From: Chiloscyllium plagiosum | Taxonomy: Eukaryota | Length of the DNA stretch: 64,000 nucleotides | Assembly: GCF_004010195.1 (NCBI RefSeq) | Contig: NC_057719.1 | Coordinates: forward strand, 37,926,200 to 37,990,199 | Direction: 5' to 3' | Part shown: in pieces, positions 47,725 through 61,439 of the stretch | Numbering within the stretch: position 1 is the first letter of the stretch | Layout: every line of letters starts with the position of its first letter | Translations under genes and position numbers: made by a program | The notes under the pieces: generated by a model | What the model saw: the letters and a program-made list of their open reading frames with translations, nothing else | Database searches by the model: none | What the model was told of the DNA's origin: nothing

Positions 47725-49952
47725 TAGTTAAATTATTAGTCCACTGACACGACCACTCGATCACCAGGAACTAGCACATTAACCTCTTTTTATAATAAAT
47801 ACTTCACAACAACAATCTAAATTTGTGCAGTAATTTTAATTGTCAATTAATGCGCAAATGCAGCAATTTTAGGAAATTCACAGGAAGGCTGACAACGAGC
47901 TGCACTTTTCATGAAGTGCAAATATCAGCAGAAATTTGGAAATCCTCCAGCAACCATTAGTGATTCACAATTCACGTGGTGTTGCTTCCTCATAAATTGA
48001 TCAAAATCACAGGGAGCACCATTCAGCTTGCAGTTACGTCAGTGTTAAAACCGGATTCATTACCTTTTTTCTTCTCTTTTGCCCCTCCCATGATTGCTTG
48101 CAACAATTAAATTTGTTGAGCACAAGGTTGTATAAAAGAAAAGAAATAAATCCTGAAAGTAGTTGTTTGGTATTACAGAACTTGAGTATTGCTGAACACA
48201 GAACATATTACACGTACAGCACAGGAACAGATCCTTTGGCCCACCATATCTGCATTGACCATGATGTTATGTTAAGCTAATCACATCTGCCTACACTTGG
48301 TCTGTATCTCTCTATTCCGTGCCTGTCCACAGGTCTGTCTAAACGCCTCTTAAAAGTTACTATCGTATCTACTTCCACCATCTCTCCTGGCAGTGAGTTC
48401 CAGGCACCTACCGCCCTCTGTGTAAAAAACTTGCTTTAACTAGCTCTCTTAAACTGTTCTTTTCTCCTTGGGGAAAAGGAAATACAAAACTTTTTGTCTT
48501 GCACTCATCATGACAATTCACAAGAAATATCCAAATAAAGGATAACAATTTACTGCATACGCTCCTCCCATACAATTAAAAAAATGTTGAACAAAAACAG
48601 AAATTGCTGGAAAAACTCAGCAGGTGCTGCCTGAGCTGCTGAACTTTTCAAGCAATTTCTGCTTTTGTTTCTGATCTACAGCATCCACAGCTCTTTCGAT
48701 TTTTAAAAATATATTTATTTCCTTTTACTTCAGCTTTTCCCAAGAATTGTCCTGATGATTGCAAGATTAAAGGTTTCAGCAAAATATTTATTTTTTCTGC
48801 AATGCTCAAGATTTATAAAGATTAAAACAAATTGTATCAAAGAAAACATGGCCAGAAGGAAAAGTCAATGGAATAGAAAGGGATAGAAAGCAGAGTCATG
48901 TAAAAGACATTTTCAGGCTAAGAAAATGCAGGTTATGGTGCATATCAAGCAATTTTTCCGGGGATCAATTGTCTTTCCAATAATAAAACAATTCAAATAA
49001 CAGAAGTTGATGCATTCTGCAGAAAAGAATTACACCAAATGGGAACATCCAGAATAGTGTATCAAAATGATTCAAGGCCACAGATATATACATTTTTGAG
49101 AGGTAGAAGGGTGTAGCTGAATAAGTTTCTATATTAAAAATTATTTAAAAGTAGTCTTAAATTTTACATTTAGGAGCACTATAAAAGCAAGAAAATGATG
49201 ATGAATTTGTATATTGTTCAATCCAAAGTTGGAATGCTGTGTGCAATTCTCAAAATCCTGTTAGAAAGAGATTTATAGCACTCTTCAAAATTAGCCAAAC
49301 TTGGCTAATTATGGATCCAGATGTACAACATCTGATTAGTAAATAAAAATTAGTCTCAATAAGGATTTGCATAAAGTAGGCAGGTGTATGTTTGGTTTTC
49401 AGGCAACGAAAATTTAACAGAAAGACAAAACGTGTCCTGTCTTTCGTGTGCAAAACGTGTGCTAGTGTTATTTGGTCACTGAGTGCTTCACTTATCCAAT
49501 TCACAAATATAGATAGCCATATGTTGAATATATGTGCCTGTGAAATACACTACATTTTACTAATGCATTGAAGCTAAATGCTGCATTTGGAATTATTAAC
49601 ATCTGCTAATAGCCTTACCTAACAAAAATCTATTGACCTCAGCCTGGAGAGTTTGAACTGATCCAGCATTATATATCTGAGCAGGGAAATAGATGGTGGC
49701 ATAATCTTTCATGGTACCAATAGCAAAACCAAACAGAATAAAAGAGATTCAAGGACAGTCAGTCAGCTATGTCTGGAAAGCGAGTCTGCCCTTTCCTGCA
49801 TGAATTCATTCATCTCAATTCCAGAGGGGGTCAGAATTTGGCTGGCCAGGAAATAATCAGTGATCTTATAAACAGGACTATTTCAAAATTATTGTTTTTG
49901 TTCTCATGGAAGTTTCTGTAGTAATTTGGGTTGATAAGAAATTTGATTACAA

Positions 49953-50946
49953 AGTGGTGGTGGCACAATTGTCACTGGAATAGAATTCCAGAGATTCAGG
50001 CAATGATCAAGGGAACCAGGTTTGAATACCATGATGGCAGATGCTGGAACTGGAATTCAATAAAAATCTGGAATCAAACATTTAATGATGATGATGATGA
50101 ATCAATTGTTGTCAAAATCTATTTGGTTCATGAATGGCCTTTGCAGAAGGTTAACTGTTGTCTGGCATACGTGGGGTAACTCCAGAATCACAGCACTGCA
50201 TCTAACTCTTAAACCGCCCTCTGCATAATGCATCTGTTGTAACAGCCTAAAGAGCCTCACATAATCAAAGTCCTCCTGGGGACTAGTGGTAAAATTAGGA
50301 GGTCTGCCTCACAGACTAGTCTGGGCACAGTCTCCTGATGATAACCACGTATCCTGCAGCCCCACAGCTGATACTCCATGATGTTGAACAACACTTGAAG
50401 GAAGTGCCGAGGTTGCAGAGTGTCCTCTTGGTAGATAACTTCACTCTTGGTGGTGCAACAGCAGTACTATTGATTGAGTTGGACATAACTGCAGCAGGCT
50501 GTGAGGAAACCAACAAGAGGGAAAAATATACTCGACCTCATCCTTACCAATGTGCTGTCTGCAGATGCATCTATCCATGACAGTATTAGTAAGAGTGACC
50601 ACTGCACAGTCCTTGTGTAGACAAAGTTCCATCATCACATTGAGAATACCGTCCTTCATGTTGTGTGGCACTACCACTGTGCTAAATGTTGTCAGGGCCC
50701 ATAGTCTTTGCAGTATCCAGTGCCAGACTTTGAATAACTTTAGCAACTGAAGACTGGGCATTCATGAGGTGCTGTGAGCCATCAACAGCAGCAGAATTGC
50801 ATTCTAGCACAATCTGCAATCTCATGGTATGACATATCCCCCACTCAACAATTACCATCAAACCAGGGGATTAACCGAGGTTCAGTGGAGAATGCAGGAG
50901 GGCAAGCCAGGAGCAGCACCATGCTAACCTGAAAATGAGCTGTCAA
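49953..50946 (+). mobile_element. tRNA-like SINE-type head (49953-~50225) followed by a family-B LINE endonuclease region
   Basis: A/B-box-like head; LLITTYP…LHDVEQHLKE…SVLLVDNF endonuclease remnant homologous to 13200-13900 (-). Confidence 0.6.
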
Positions 50947-50949
50947 TGT

Positions 50950-53900
50950 TTTGCCGAGAGGTGCCAGGGAGGAGCGAAGGACTTCTGGGAAGGTTTTTAA
51001 GTGAGTGAGATCCGGATGAACTACGGATCATCCAGGAGGCTGAGGGTGAAATTGAGAGGATATACAGAGAGGTGGTCACTCCCCAGACACAGGAGAAGGA
51101 CAGCTGGGTTACTGTCAGGGGGAAGAAAGGGAACTGACGGTTAGAGCAGGGATCTCCTGTGGCCGTTCCCCTCAGCAATAAGTATACCGTTTTGGATACT
51201 GCTGATGGGGGCGGCCTACCAGGGGTAAGCCACAGTTATCAGGTCTTTGGCACTGAGCCTGGCACTATGGCTCAGAAGGGAAGGGGGAAAACAGAAAAGC
51301 GCTAGTAGTAGGGGACTCAATAGTCAGACGGATTAACAAGAGATTTTGTGGTCAGGAACGGGACTCTGGGAAGGTATGTTGCCTCCCTGTTGCCAGGGTC
51401 TGGGATGTTGCTAATCGGGTTTACAAGATTCTGAAGGGGGAGGGGGAGCAGCCAGAAATCGTGGTACATGTTGGCACCAATGATATAGCCAGGAAAGGGA
51501 TTGAGGATCTGAAAAGTGACTACAGGCAATTAGGTTGGAAACTGAAGAGCAGGATGAATAAAGTAGTGATTTCAGGTTTGCTACCGGTGCCACGAAATAG
51601 TGAGGTGAGGAACAGTCAGCGAATGTAACTTAACATGTGGCTGCAAGGCTGGTGCAGGAGGGAGGGCTTCAGATACCTAGACCATTGGGATACCTTCTGG
51701 GGAAGGTGGGACCTGTACATGAAGGACGGGTTGCACCTGAACTGGAGGGGTACTAATGTCCTGTGTGGGAGATTTGCTCATGTGATTCGGGAGGGTTTAA
51801 ACTAGTTTGGCAGGGGGGGGGGTGGGAATCAGAGTCATATGTCTGAGAGGGGGTCAGTTGCAGACATGACAGTGACAGGATATATTGAATCTAAAAGGAA
51901 GGTTTCTCATGAAAAGAAACAAAGGGATCGGTTAAAGTGTGTATGCTTTAATGCAAGGAGTAACCGAAATAAGAGTGACGAACTTAGAGCATGGGTCAGT
52001 ACTTGTGACTACAATATTGTGGCCATAACGGAGACGTGGGTTTCACTGGGGCAGGAACGGTTGCTTGATGTTTCAGGGTTTAGAACGTTTAAAAAGAGCA
52101 GAAAAGGTGGAAAAAGAGGAAGTGGTGTAGCATTGCTAATCAGAGAGTGCATCACAACTACAGAAACGAAGGTTGTTGAGGAAGGTTTGTCTACTGAGTC
52201 AGTATGGGTGGGAGTTAGGAACAGCAAGGGAACAGCCACCAAATCGGGGATTTTCTACAGACCACCCAAAAGCAATAGAGAGATTGAAGATCTCATAGGT
52301 GGGCAGATTCTGGAAAAATGCAAAAGTAGCAGGATTGTTGTTATGGGTGATTTCAACTTTCCAATATCGACTGGAACCTCCTAAGTGTAGATGGTTTGGA
52401 TGGAACCTTTTGTGTCAGGTGTGTTCAGGAGGGTTTCCTTATTCAGTATGTAGACAGACCGACGAGGGGAGAGGCCATTTTGGATTTGGTGCTAGGCAAT
52501 GAGCCAGGACAGGTGTCAGATCTCACAGTGGGAGAGCACTTTGGTGACAGTGATCACAACTGCCTCACATTTAGCATAGCCTTGGAGAGTGAAAGGAGCA
52601 GTTACCGAGGCAAGATAGGAGACAAGAGTTGGGAAGTATAGACTGGGAGCAATTGTTCCACAGAAAGGGCACAGCAGACATGTGGAGACTATTTAAGGAG
52701 CAGTTGTTGCGAGTGATGCACAAATTTGATCCTCTGAGGCAGGTAAGAAGTAGTAAGATTAAGGAACCTTGGATGATGAGAACAGAGGAACTTCTCGTCA
52801 AAAGGAAGAAGGCATCTTATGTAAGCTTAAGGAAGCAAGGATCTAGCACAGCTTTAGAGGATTACAGGCTTGTTAGAAAGGAGCTGAGAAATGGGCTGCA
52901 GAGAGGGCACGAAAAAGGCTTCGCATGAAGGATTAGTGAGAACCCAAAGACGTTTTACTCATACGTGAGGAATAAGAGAATGATCAGGGTGAAGGTAGGG
53001 CCGATCAGGGATAGTGGAGGGAGCTTATGCATGGGGTCTGAGCAGATAGGGGAAGCCCTAAATGAGTTTTTGCTTCGGTTTTCACCAAGGAAAGGGAACT
53101 TGTTATAAATGAAAACTTAGAGGAGCTGGGATACAGTCTAAACCAGATCAAGATTGATGAAGTTAATGTACTAGAAATTTTGGAAAACATTAAGATTGAT
53201 AATTCCCCAGAGCCAGACCAGATTTATCCTAGGCTGCTCCGGGAAGCGAGAAAGGAGGTTGCTAAGCCGCTGGCGAGGATATTTGCCTCCTCACTCTCCA
53301 TGGGAGTCGTACCAGAGGATTGGAATGAGGTGAATGTTGTTCCTCTTTTCAAGCAGTGTAATAGGGAAATCACTGGCAATTACAGACCAGCCAGTCTTAC
53401 ATCTGTGGTCAGCAAAGTTTTGGAAAGAATTCTGAGGGATAGGATTTATGACTATTTGGCAAAGCATAGTGTGATTAAAGGCAGTCAGCATGGCTTTGTG
53501 AGAGGCAGGTCATGCCTCACAAATCTTATTGAATTCTTTGAGGAGGTGTCAAGACAGGTCAACGACGGTCGAGTGGATGTGGTGTATATGGATTTCAGCA
53601 AGGCATTTGATAGGGTTCCCCATGGTAGGTTCATCTATAAAGTCAGGAAGTATGGGATACAGGGAGATTTGGCTATCTGGATTCAGAATTGGCTGGCTGA
53701 CAGAAGGCAGAGAGTGATTGTAGATGGAAAGTATTCTGCCTGGAGGACAGGGTTGAGTGGGGTCCCACAGGGCTCTGTTCTTAGGCCTCTGCTCTTTGTA
53801 GTTTTTATAAATGACTTGGATGTGGAGGTTGAGGGGTAGATTAGTAAATTTACAGATGACACAAAGGTTGGAGGTGTCTTCGATAGTATAGAGGGCTACT

Positions 53901-53973
53901 GCAGGCTTCAGCGCGACATAGACAGAATGCAGAGCTGGGCTGAGAAATGGCAGATGGAGTTCAACCTGGATAA
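50950..53973 (+). mobile_element. CR1 with ORF1 (esterase) and ORF2 (endonuclease + RT), 3' end missing
   Basis: [69 protein letters not shown]. Confidence 0.93.
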
Positions 53974-54260
53974 ACTTTCAAAGTGCTTTCAGAAATAAAA
54001 ACAAATGGTGAGCCAAAAAATGAGAAAATTGTGAAAGCAAGGATGTTATTGTAGGGCGGAAGAAATGACCAGAGCTAGAGAAACTGAAGATTAGCAGAAA
54101 TGCTTTGAGACAGGTGGTGTTACAGATATGGGGCAGGGTGGAGCCATGAAGGAATTTAAATAGGAAAAGCTAGTAATTAGATTTTTCTCAGAAATGGGTT
54201 TGCACAATATATAATGTTTTCTCAAGCAGCATATAGTTGTTGATTATTATGAGTCAGTAT

Positions 54261-54360
54261 TGTTATGGACCAGGCCAGACCCCCTCAACACATTTCAAGA
54301 AAATAGCCCAAAACTCTAACTTTGCTAGTTGGTTTAAGCAGGTGTAACATGGATATTCAG
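54261..54360. mobile_element. Possible LTR terminal fragment
   Basis: Starts TGTTATGG, resembling shark LTR termini as I recall them; no second end found. Confidence 0.3.
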
Positions 54361-55090
54361 GAAAAAAAGCCAAGGACAATATAACCTTGTTAAAGGAACA
54401 GCATCATCACAGTGTATAACCAGTGTTCATTGTGCTACGCGTATTATATACCTGTTGGAAAGCTAGATAATATAATGCCACTTACAGACAGTCAACATCA
54501 CTTAAAGGTGAACGATATCCTAGCTACAGACAAAGGGAAACATTTATGAATTGAGAAATGGGTGTAACAAGTAGGTCATCCATGTTTCCTGTTTTTGTCT
54601 TGAAGGCCTTAGTGCAGGGAGTAGAGAAAGTAAAACAGTGAACTATGGATGTTGGAGATCTGAAAGAGAAACAGAAAGTCTTGGAAAAACTCACAGGTCT
54701 GGCAGCACCAATGGACACACCCTTTATCAGAACTGGCTGAAGTGGCAGAAGCAGCACAACAGAAAATTCTAGACTCAAAACAGAAACTCTATTTTTCACT
54801 TCACGGATGTTGCCAGACTTGGTGAGTTTCTCCAGCACTGTCAGTTTTTGTAGTAGAGCTAAAGAACTACATCTTTTCCCTCAAGGCACACTCCTCCAGG
54901 TTATAGTTTCACCACAATTAGGAAGACTTCAAAAAGCAGGTTAATGACAGGAACCTAGCTTCCAGGTCAGAGTTGGAATTTAGACTGACTTCATCAGGTG
55001 TCAGAATGTTCAGGAAACAACGAAAATAAAACAAAGCATAATGCATGCTGGAAATCTGAAACCAAAACAGAGGAAATACTGGAGAAATTA

Positions 55091-55220
55091 ATTCCCAATG
55101 AAGGGCTTATGCCCAAACTGTCGATTCTCCTGCTCCTCGGATGCTGCCTGACCTGCTGTGCTTTTCCAGCACCACACTCTTGACTCTAATCTCCAGCATC
55201 TGCAGTCCTCACTTTCTCTC
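55091..55220 (+). mobile_element. Short PLE-derived insertion nested in an older palindromic PLE-derived element (55040-55378)
   Basis: Starts ATTCC at the hammerhead 5' edge; TGGAGAAA repeated at 55080-55087 and 55222-55229. Confidence 0.8.
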
Positions 55221-55847
55221 TTGGAGAAACTCAGCAAGTCTGACAGCATCAGTGGAGAGAAAACAGATTTAACATTTTGAGTCCAATGATCTTTCTTCTA
55301 AACGTTAACTCTGCTTTCTCCCCACAGATGCTGCCAGATCTGCTGAATTTCTCCAGTCAGTTCTGTTTTTGTTCAGGTAACGATGCAGTTCTCTCCCTCT
55401 CTGCTCAGATGTTCTCTCAGATTTCTCTGTATCATGTACAGTTTCAGTACTCATAGTGCTTCCTTCATTCATCCCCTTTCCCTTTCCTCCAATCACTGCA
55501 CCATATTTCAGACTGCCATTTTTCCACAAACAAACATAAAACTCCAGTATTGCAACCTTCATTTCTCCACACTGTAAAACAAGCTAATCCACCATGAAAG
55601 GCACCATTATTAAATACCTCATACATCTGTCATTGACACTCACCTGTCCCTCTGGCAGGGGAAGGACGCTCATCACTCAGGAGGCTGCCATTCAGCCTGC
55701 ACTCTCCCTTTGAAGATAAGGAGGCATAGCAGGGTGATCAATACCCAGATTTTATGCAATTGTCCCGTAAATCAGCTAATTGTCTCACATGTTCTATATT
55801 ATTACTTTTCAGGGCCACCTTTGTCCAGTATTGTTCATTATTGCTCA

Positions 55848-57130
55848 TTCGCAGCAATCTTCAGTCAGAAGTACTGATTGGATGATCCATCTCGCCCACC
55901 TCCAGTGGTCCCCAATATTACTGACACCAATCTTCAGTCAATTTGGTTCACTCCACATGATATCAAGGAACAGTTGGAGACTCTGGATACTGAAAAGGCT
56001 ACGGGCCCTGACAACATTCCAGCAAAGCACGGAAGACTTATGCTCCAGAACTTGTCGCTCCCCTCGCCAAGCTCTTCCAATACAGTCATGACACTGGCAT
56101 CTACCTGACAATGTGGAAAATTGTCCAGGTATGTCCTGTACATAAAAAGCAGGACAAATCCAACCATCAGTCTACCCTCAATCATCAGAAATGTGGTGAA
56201 AGGTGTCATCAGCAGTGCTATCAAGCTGCACCTGCTCAGCAGTAACCTGCAGAGTAACACCCAGGCTTCTTCAGGCTTATGCCCGAAACGTCGATTCTCC
56301 TGTTCCTTGGATGCTGCCTGACCTGCTGCGCTTTTCCAGCAACACATTTTCAGCTCTGATCTCCAGCATCTGCAGTCCTCACTTTCTCCTGTGACCAATA
56401 AGAGACAATCTAATCACCGCCCCTTGACATTCAATGGGGTTACCATCAATGAATCCTCTACTATCAATATTCTGGGGTTATCATTGACCGGAAACTCAAG
56501 TGGACTCAGCACAGAAGTACAGTGACTACAAGAGCAGGTCAGAGGCTAGGAATACAGTGACAAGTAACTCTGCTCCTCACTCCCCAAAGCCTGTTCACAA
56601 TCTACAATGCACAATCAGGAGTGATGGAATACTCCCCACTTGCTCAGATGGGTGCAGCTCCAACAACACTCAAGCGGCTTGACACCATCCAGGACAAAGT
56701 AGTGTGCTTGATTGGCACCACATCCACAAGCATCCACTCTCTCCATCACCGATGATCAGTAGCAGCAGTGTGCACAATCTACAAGATGGACAGCAGAAAT
56801 TCACCAAAGATCCTCAGACAGCACCTTCCAAACCCACCACCACTTCCATTTAGAAGGATAAAGGCAGCAGATACATGGGAACGTCAATCCTTCAAATTCC
56901 TCTCCAAGCCATTCACCATCATGATTTAGAAACATGTCACTGTTCTTTCACTATTGCTGGGCAAATGTCCTGGAATGCCAAGCCTTAAGGGCATTGTTGG
57001 TCAACTCACAGCAGGTGAACTGCAGCGGTTCAAGATGGCAGCTCCCTAGCATCTTACCAAGGGCCACAAATATGGGCAATAAATGCTGACCAGTCAGTGA
57101 CACCCACATGCCACAAAAGATAAGAAAAAA
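55848..57130 (+). mobile_element. Family-B LINE, RT-proximal region to 3' end, with a PLE-derived insert at 56266-56389
   Basis: DDPSRPPP, KATGPDNIPA, WKIVQVCPVHKKQDKSN; 3' end GGGCAATAAATGCTG…CCCACAT + A-rich tail. Confidence 0.85.
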
Positions 57131-58092
57131 TTATTTGTATAACCACAGTGAACTGGAACCCTGGTAGAAGCATCCTCTTGCTAGCTGCATGGAGTACGTG
57201 GAGTCATTCCTGCATTAGGAAGCTGGATAATAGGGCAACTGAGCAGACCTTGATTGAATTCAATGTATGTGTATGAAACAATAGTTTTACAATATACTTC
57301 AAAGCATGGTTTTCATGCTAACTGGACGTATTTTATTATAGTTTGAGAAGCATTGTATCCTCCATTTCCCCAACATTTGCAACCTTGGCAGCAACACCCT
57401 GCCCCTCCCCTCAACGACCAAAGTGCCCTTACTTTCTTTCATACCAGTTGGTCCCCCAGGGGGCAGAGTCATGTCTATTGTGATGGAAGCACAGGAGGGA
57501 TTGTTGCCCAGGCTTTCTTCACACCATATCCATACTTCCCTTCATGCACCTCCCCCATCCTATGACTAAATTCAGACATTTGCATCAACCACTTGCTCTC
57601 TCTTGTGCTACCTTTTACACTGAAAATTTGCACAATGCCTCTCTTTCATTCCAGGTGTTTTTCATTATGTTGGCAAGGTCATCACGTGTTGCCTGTGCCA
57701 AACTGCCCTAAAAAGGTTCTGATGAGCTGCCTTGTTGAATTGCTGTCATCTGGCATGTTGTAAATGCAGCCACAGTTAGGGAAGAAGGTTAGGGATTGTA
57801 ACCCAGTGACAATAAAGGAAAAATGCTCTGGTTTGAAGTCAAGATGCTGTGTGGCTTGGAGGCAAACTTGTAGGTGATGTTTGTATTATATCTGCTTTTA
57901 AGTGGTAGAGATCATGGTTTTGGAAGAAGCTGTGGAAAAAGGTCTGGTGAGTTATTGCAGTGTGCTGATTATATGATACCTCCTGCTGCTTCTGTACACC
58001 CAATGGGGGAGGGCAGACGCAGAGAGCAAAAGCCAATCTGTCTGATGATGCCTGAGCTCTCCATCATACCCTCTCACTGGATGTGGGACCAT

Positions 58093-58124
<32 letters not shown>

Positions 58125-58799
58125 AACACTGGGACGGAACAAAAGATGGTGACTCCCTTGGCAAAAGGCATTCTAGCTATGAGGAATGATTAGATAGACT
58201 GGATTGTTTGCTTTGGAACCTAGATACTTAAGATTATGAGCTGAATACAGTGATTAGAGTGTGCAGGAATGAACTATTTCCATTTGTAGCGATAATTAGG
58301 GTGTAAATTGAAGGAATTAGAAAGATTAGAGGGGAGGTGATCTGAATTTGCAGATGCAGCTGTTGCTGGGATCTTGTACACATGACCCAAAAAAGTGGTA
58401 GAGGCAGAAAGATGCATTACATTGAAATAAACATTTGTATGTTCTTGAGGTGCAGTAACCTACAGAAAATATGGACCAAACACAAAAAGATAGGATTAGG
58501 CTGGATAGCACAGACATGGTGGAACAAATGGCCTCTTTCTAAGGTGTAAATTTTCCATAGAACTGGGGAGGACCAATGGCAGATTGAAATGACAGCACTG
58601 CATCTAGCTTACTGAAGATAACTGTTCGATTTGGAATTGAGATATTTGGTAAAGATGTTCTTTGAGTTGGAGCTGCTATTGGAGATTTTCTTTGCACCGA
58701 CATCAGAGCCATCAGGTTGAACTGAAAGAAGGTAATCTGATTGGGGACAAGGGCAATGGTAACTTCAAGTGATCACGTATACGTTGAGGATTATGGAGA

Positions 58800-59140
58800 T
58801 GGTTTAAATGGTGTGTTTTTGGATGAGCTGATCTCTAGGAGTTGTGGCAATCAAATCATCTTCTGCTCTTCCTCCTGTTTCTCCTCTTGGTATGTTCTTG
58901 CTCCCTAAGTGGTTGATCGGTTGGTCGCTTGTCATGGTAAAGTTATGCAGCATACAGCAGGCAAGCACAAATCTGAATATCCACTCAGCACTGGAATACC
59001 AAGCTTCTCCAGAATGATCCAGCAATGGAATTGTTGCTTGGAGCTACCGATTATAATCATGCTTTTTGTGTGCCAGGGTTCTTGTTGGCTACCTTTGGAG
59101 TGGTTCCTGATAGTGGAGTCATGTATCACCGTACAGTAAA
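58800..59140 (-). pseudogene. Harbinger (HARBI1-like DDE) transposase C-terminal remnant
   Basis: HDSTIRN, KQQFHC / LDHSGEAWYSSAEWIFRFVLACCMLHNF resembles LKxRFRCLDxSGGxLxYxPxxVxxIxxACCxLHN. Confidence 0.75.
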
Positions 59141-61110
59141 CCTTGTCATTCAGTGGCTAACCTGTAATGCCTGACAGTAAAAGACATTACAGTGAACTGG
59201 TGAACAACGACTAATTCATGACTCATGGTACTGTATATAGTTCTGTATGATGTGAGGCCTTTGATCACAAATTAGCTATACTTTGAGTTATTCTCTGTTG
59301 GTTTCCTCACTGTTGCCCCTTCTCCTCCATCCCTCAACGAGGCCCAATCCTGTGTTCAGCTGAACTATCTATAAACCAGCCAAAAACACAGTAATGGCAA
59401 CAAAACCTTCTTCACAAAAAAAACTTTCCAGACTCAGCAACCAAGCTAATAAATGCCCTGAGTTAACCATTAACTAGAATGGCAAGCAGATAACTAATCT
59501 ACCATGGCTCCAAGATCCACAGATGAAGTGCCTTTTATACTAGTTCACACCATATACTGCTGAGCAAGCTTAGCACAACATAAGGCTAGGCACGTACCAA
59601 AGTCCGACAAGGGTCCTCCAAAAGCTACAGGTTTTTCAACTATACATGGATAGGTATCAATTAACGCAGTAATTGCATTCCTAAAAATTACTGCATTATC
59701 CAAAACACATATTCCCATAAACCCCCTTATAAATGTTTGGGTTACATTTCTGGAATCTCAAACAAGCACACAATACAAACACAGAGTTAATATAAAACAG
59801 AAAAATTGACCCGAAGATAAGCAAAAATAATATCTTTTGATGTTTCTTGCCTCATACACAAGATTGCTTATCAGAGGTGGATCTTCATTCAACTCATCTG
59901 CAACCTTGGAACTTTGGAAATTGACTTCCTAATTTTCCACAATATCTTTGCATTCATGATGAAGGTGCTAAGGAACTACATTAGAAAGAGTTCTCACTCA
60001 AGACGTTAATGGCCAAAATGAGCTGAACAAGCAGTAAATTGCTCAGGAAGCTGAATTTTATTCCTCTGCACCGGGAGCTGAAGACAAAATGGGTTATTGT
60101 ATTCAACTGTGTGTTATTGGAATAATGGGTGGTACATTAAAAGCTGTGTCATGGAGAAACTGTGTTTGTGGAGAACTACTCGTAACTTGATTGTTCCTTT
60201 AAATACTTCTTTTGTGGATTTTGGACACTTATAGAGATACCTGATCCAAAATAGTGAGCAATGCAATTTAGGTGTGAAATGAAGACATTTCCTAGTGCAT
60301 GAACACACAACAGATTTGAGCCCAGAGCAGTAGAGTCATAACACTGAAATCTTCTAATAGAACCAATTTTTGCCAAGATTGGAGATGGTTAAATTATCTT
60401 GTGATGCAATCATATCTGCCCTGAAGAATAGATTGATGCAAAAACCCCATTCCCTCAAGATCTAGACACACCAGATTGTACAAAAATGATGGATCTTTCA
60501 TTTAGTATTCAGGCTTTTCAACATTTGAGGGTAAATCCTTTTCTGTGGGCTCTTCTGATCATAACAGGAATGGCACTTAAAATAACAACTGATTAAAATC
60601 CTTAACTTCTGATAGTTTTTTTTGGGACTTTTAAAATTTTTATTGCTTATTAAATAAATAAGTCGACAGTAATTTGCATTTTTATAATTCTTTTGTGTAA
60701 AAGAACCATGTAATTTCTTTGCATGAGGAAATCCGTAGAGACTGAATGGTGCTAAGGAGTCTATGGGAGAATTAGCTATGTAGCTCTTTCAGGAGCCAGT
60801 ACTGGCACGATGATTGAATGCCCTCTTTCTATACTGTAAAATTCTAAGATTCTGTGATTCTATAGTTCTTCTTTAACCTCTGTTTCAGACTTTCACATCT
60901 CACCAGTTGGGGGAGATGAGTGCACAGTCAGAACTCACTGTTGCTCATAATGCATCTGATAGCAACTATATAAAGGCAGAGGTTGGCAAAGTGCGGGTAA
61001 CTGCACAGAGAGATTTAATCTGCTAGGGGTGGTTCTTCAGTCTCAATTCACTTTATTCTTTTTGAATTGCAACTCTACACTGTAATTGGGTGCAACCACA
61101 ACTTCTTGCC

Positions 61111-61435
61111 TGGAACATTGTGTGCAATTCTGGTCTCCTTCCTATCAGAAGGATGTTGTGAAACTTGAAAGGGTTTAGAAAAGATTTACAAGGATGTTGC
61201 CATGGTTGGAGGATTTGAGCTATAGGGAGAGGCTGAACAGGCTGGGGCTGTTTTCCCTGGAACATCAGAGGCTGAGGGGTGACCTTATAGAGGTTTATAA
61301 AATTATGAGGGGCATGGATAGGATAAATTGACAAGGTATTTTCCCTGAGGTGGGAGAGTGCGGAACTAGAGGGCATAGGTTTAGAGTGAGGGGGAAAAGA
61401 TATAAAAGGGACCTAAAGAGCAACTTTTTCACGCA
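61111..61435 (+). mobile_element. Young 5'-truncated HER1-type CR1 fragment, cut on the 3' side by a PLE
   Basis: Near-identical to 6063-6355 and 35637-35955. Confidence 0.9.
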
Positions 61436-61439
61436 GGGC

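Noticed and set aside
4199..56398. Recurrent peptide MCCWKSAAGQAASKEQENRRFG in many ORFs; repeats with 'spacers' superficially CRISPR-like
   Set aside because: Translation of the dispersed PLE-derived element; copies are scattered with TSDs in a vertebrate genome, with no array and no cas genes.
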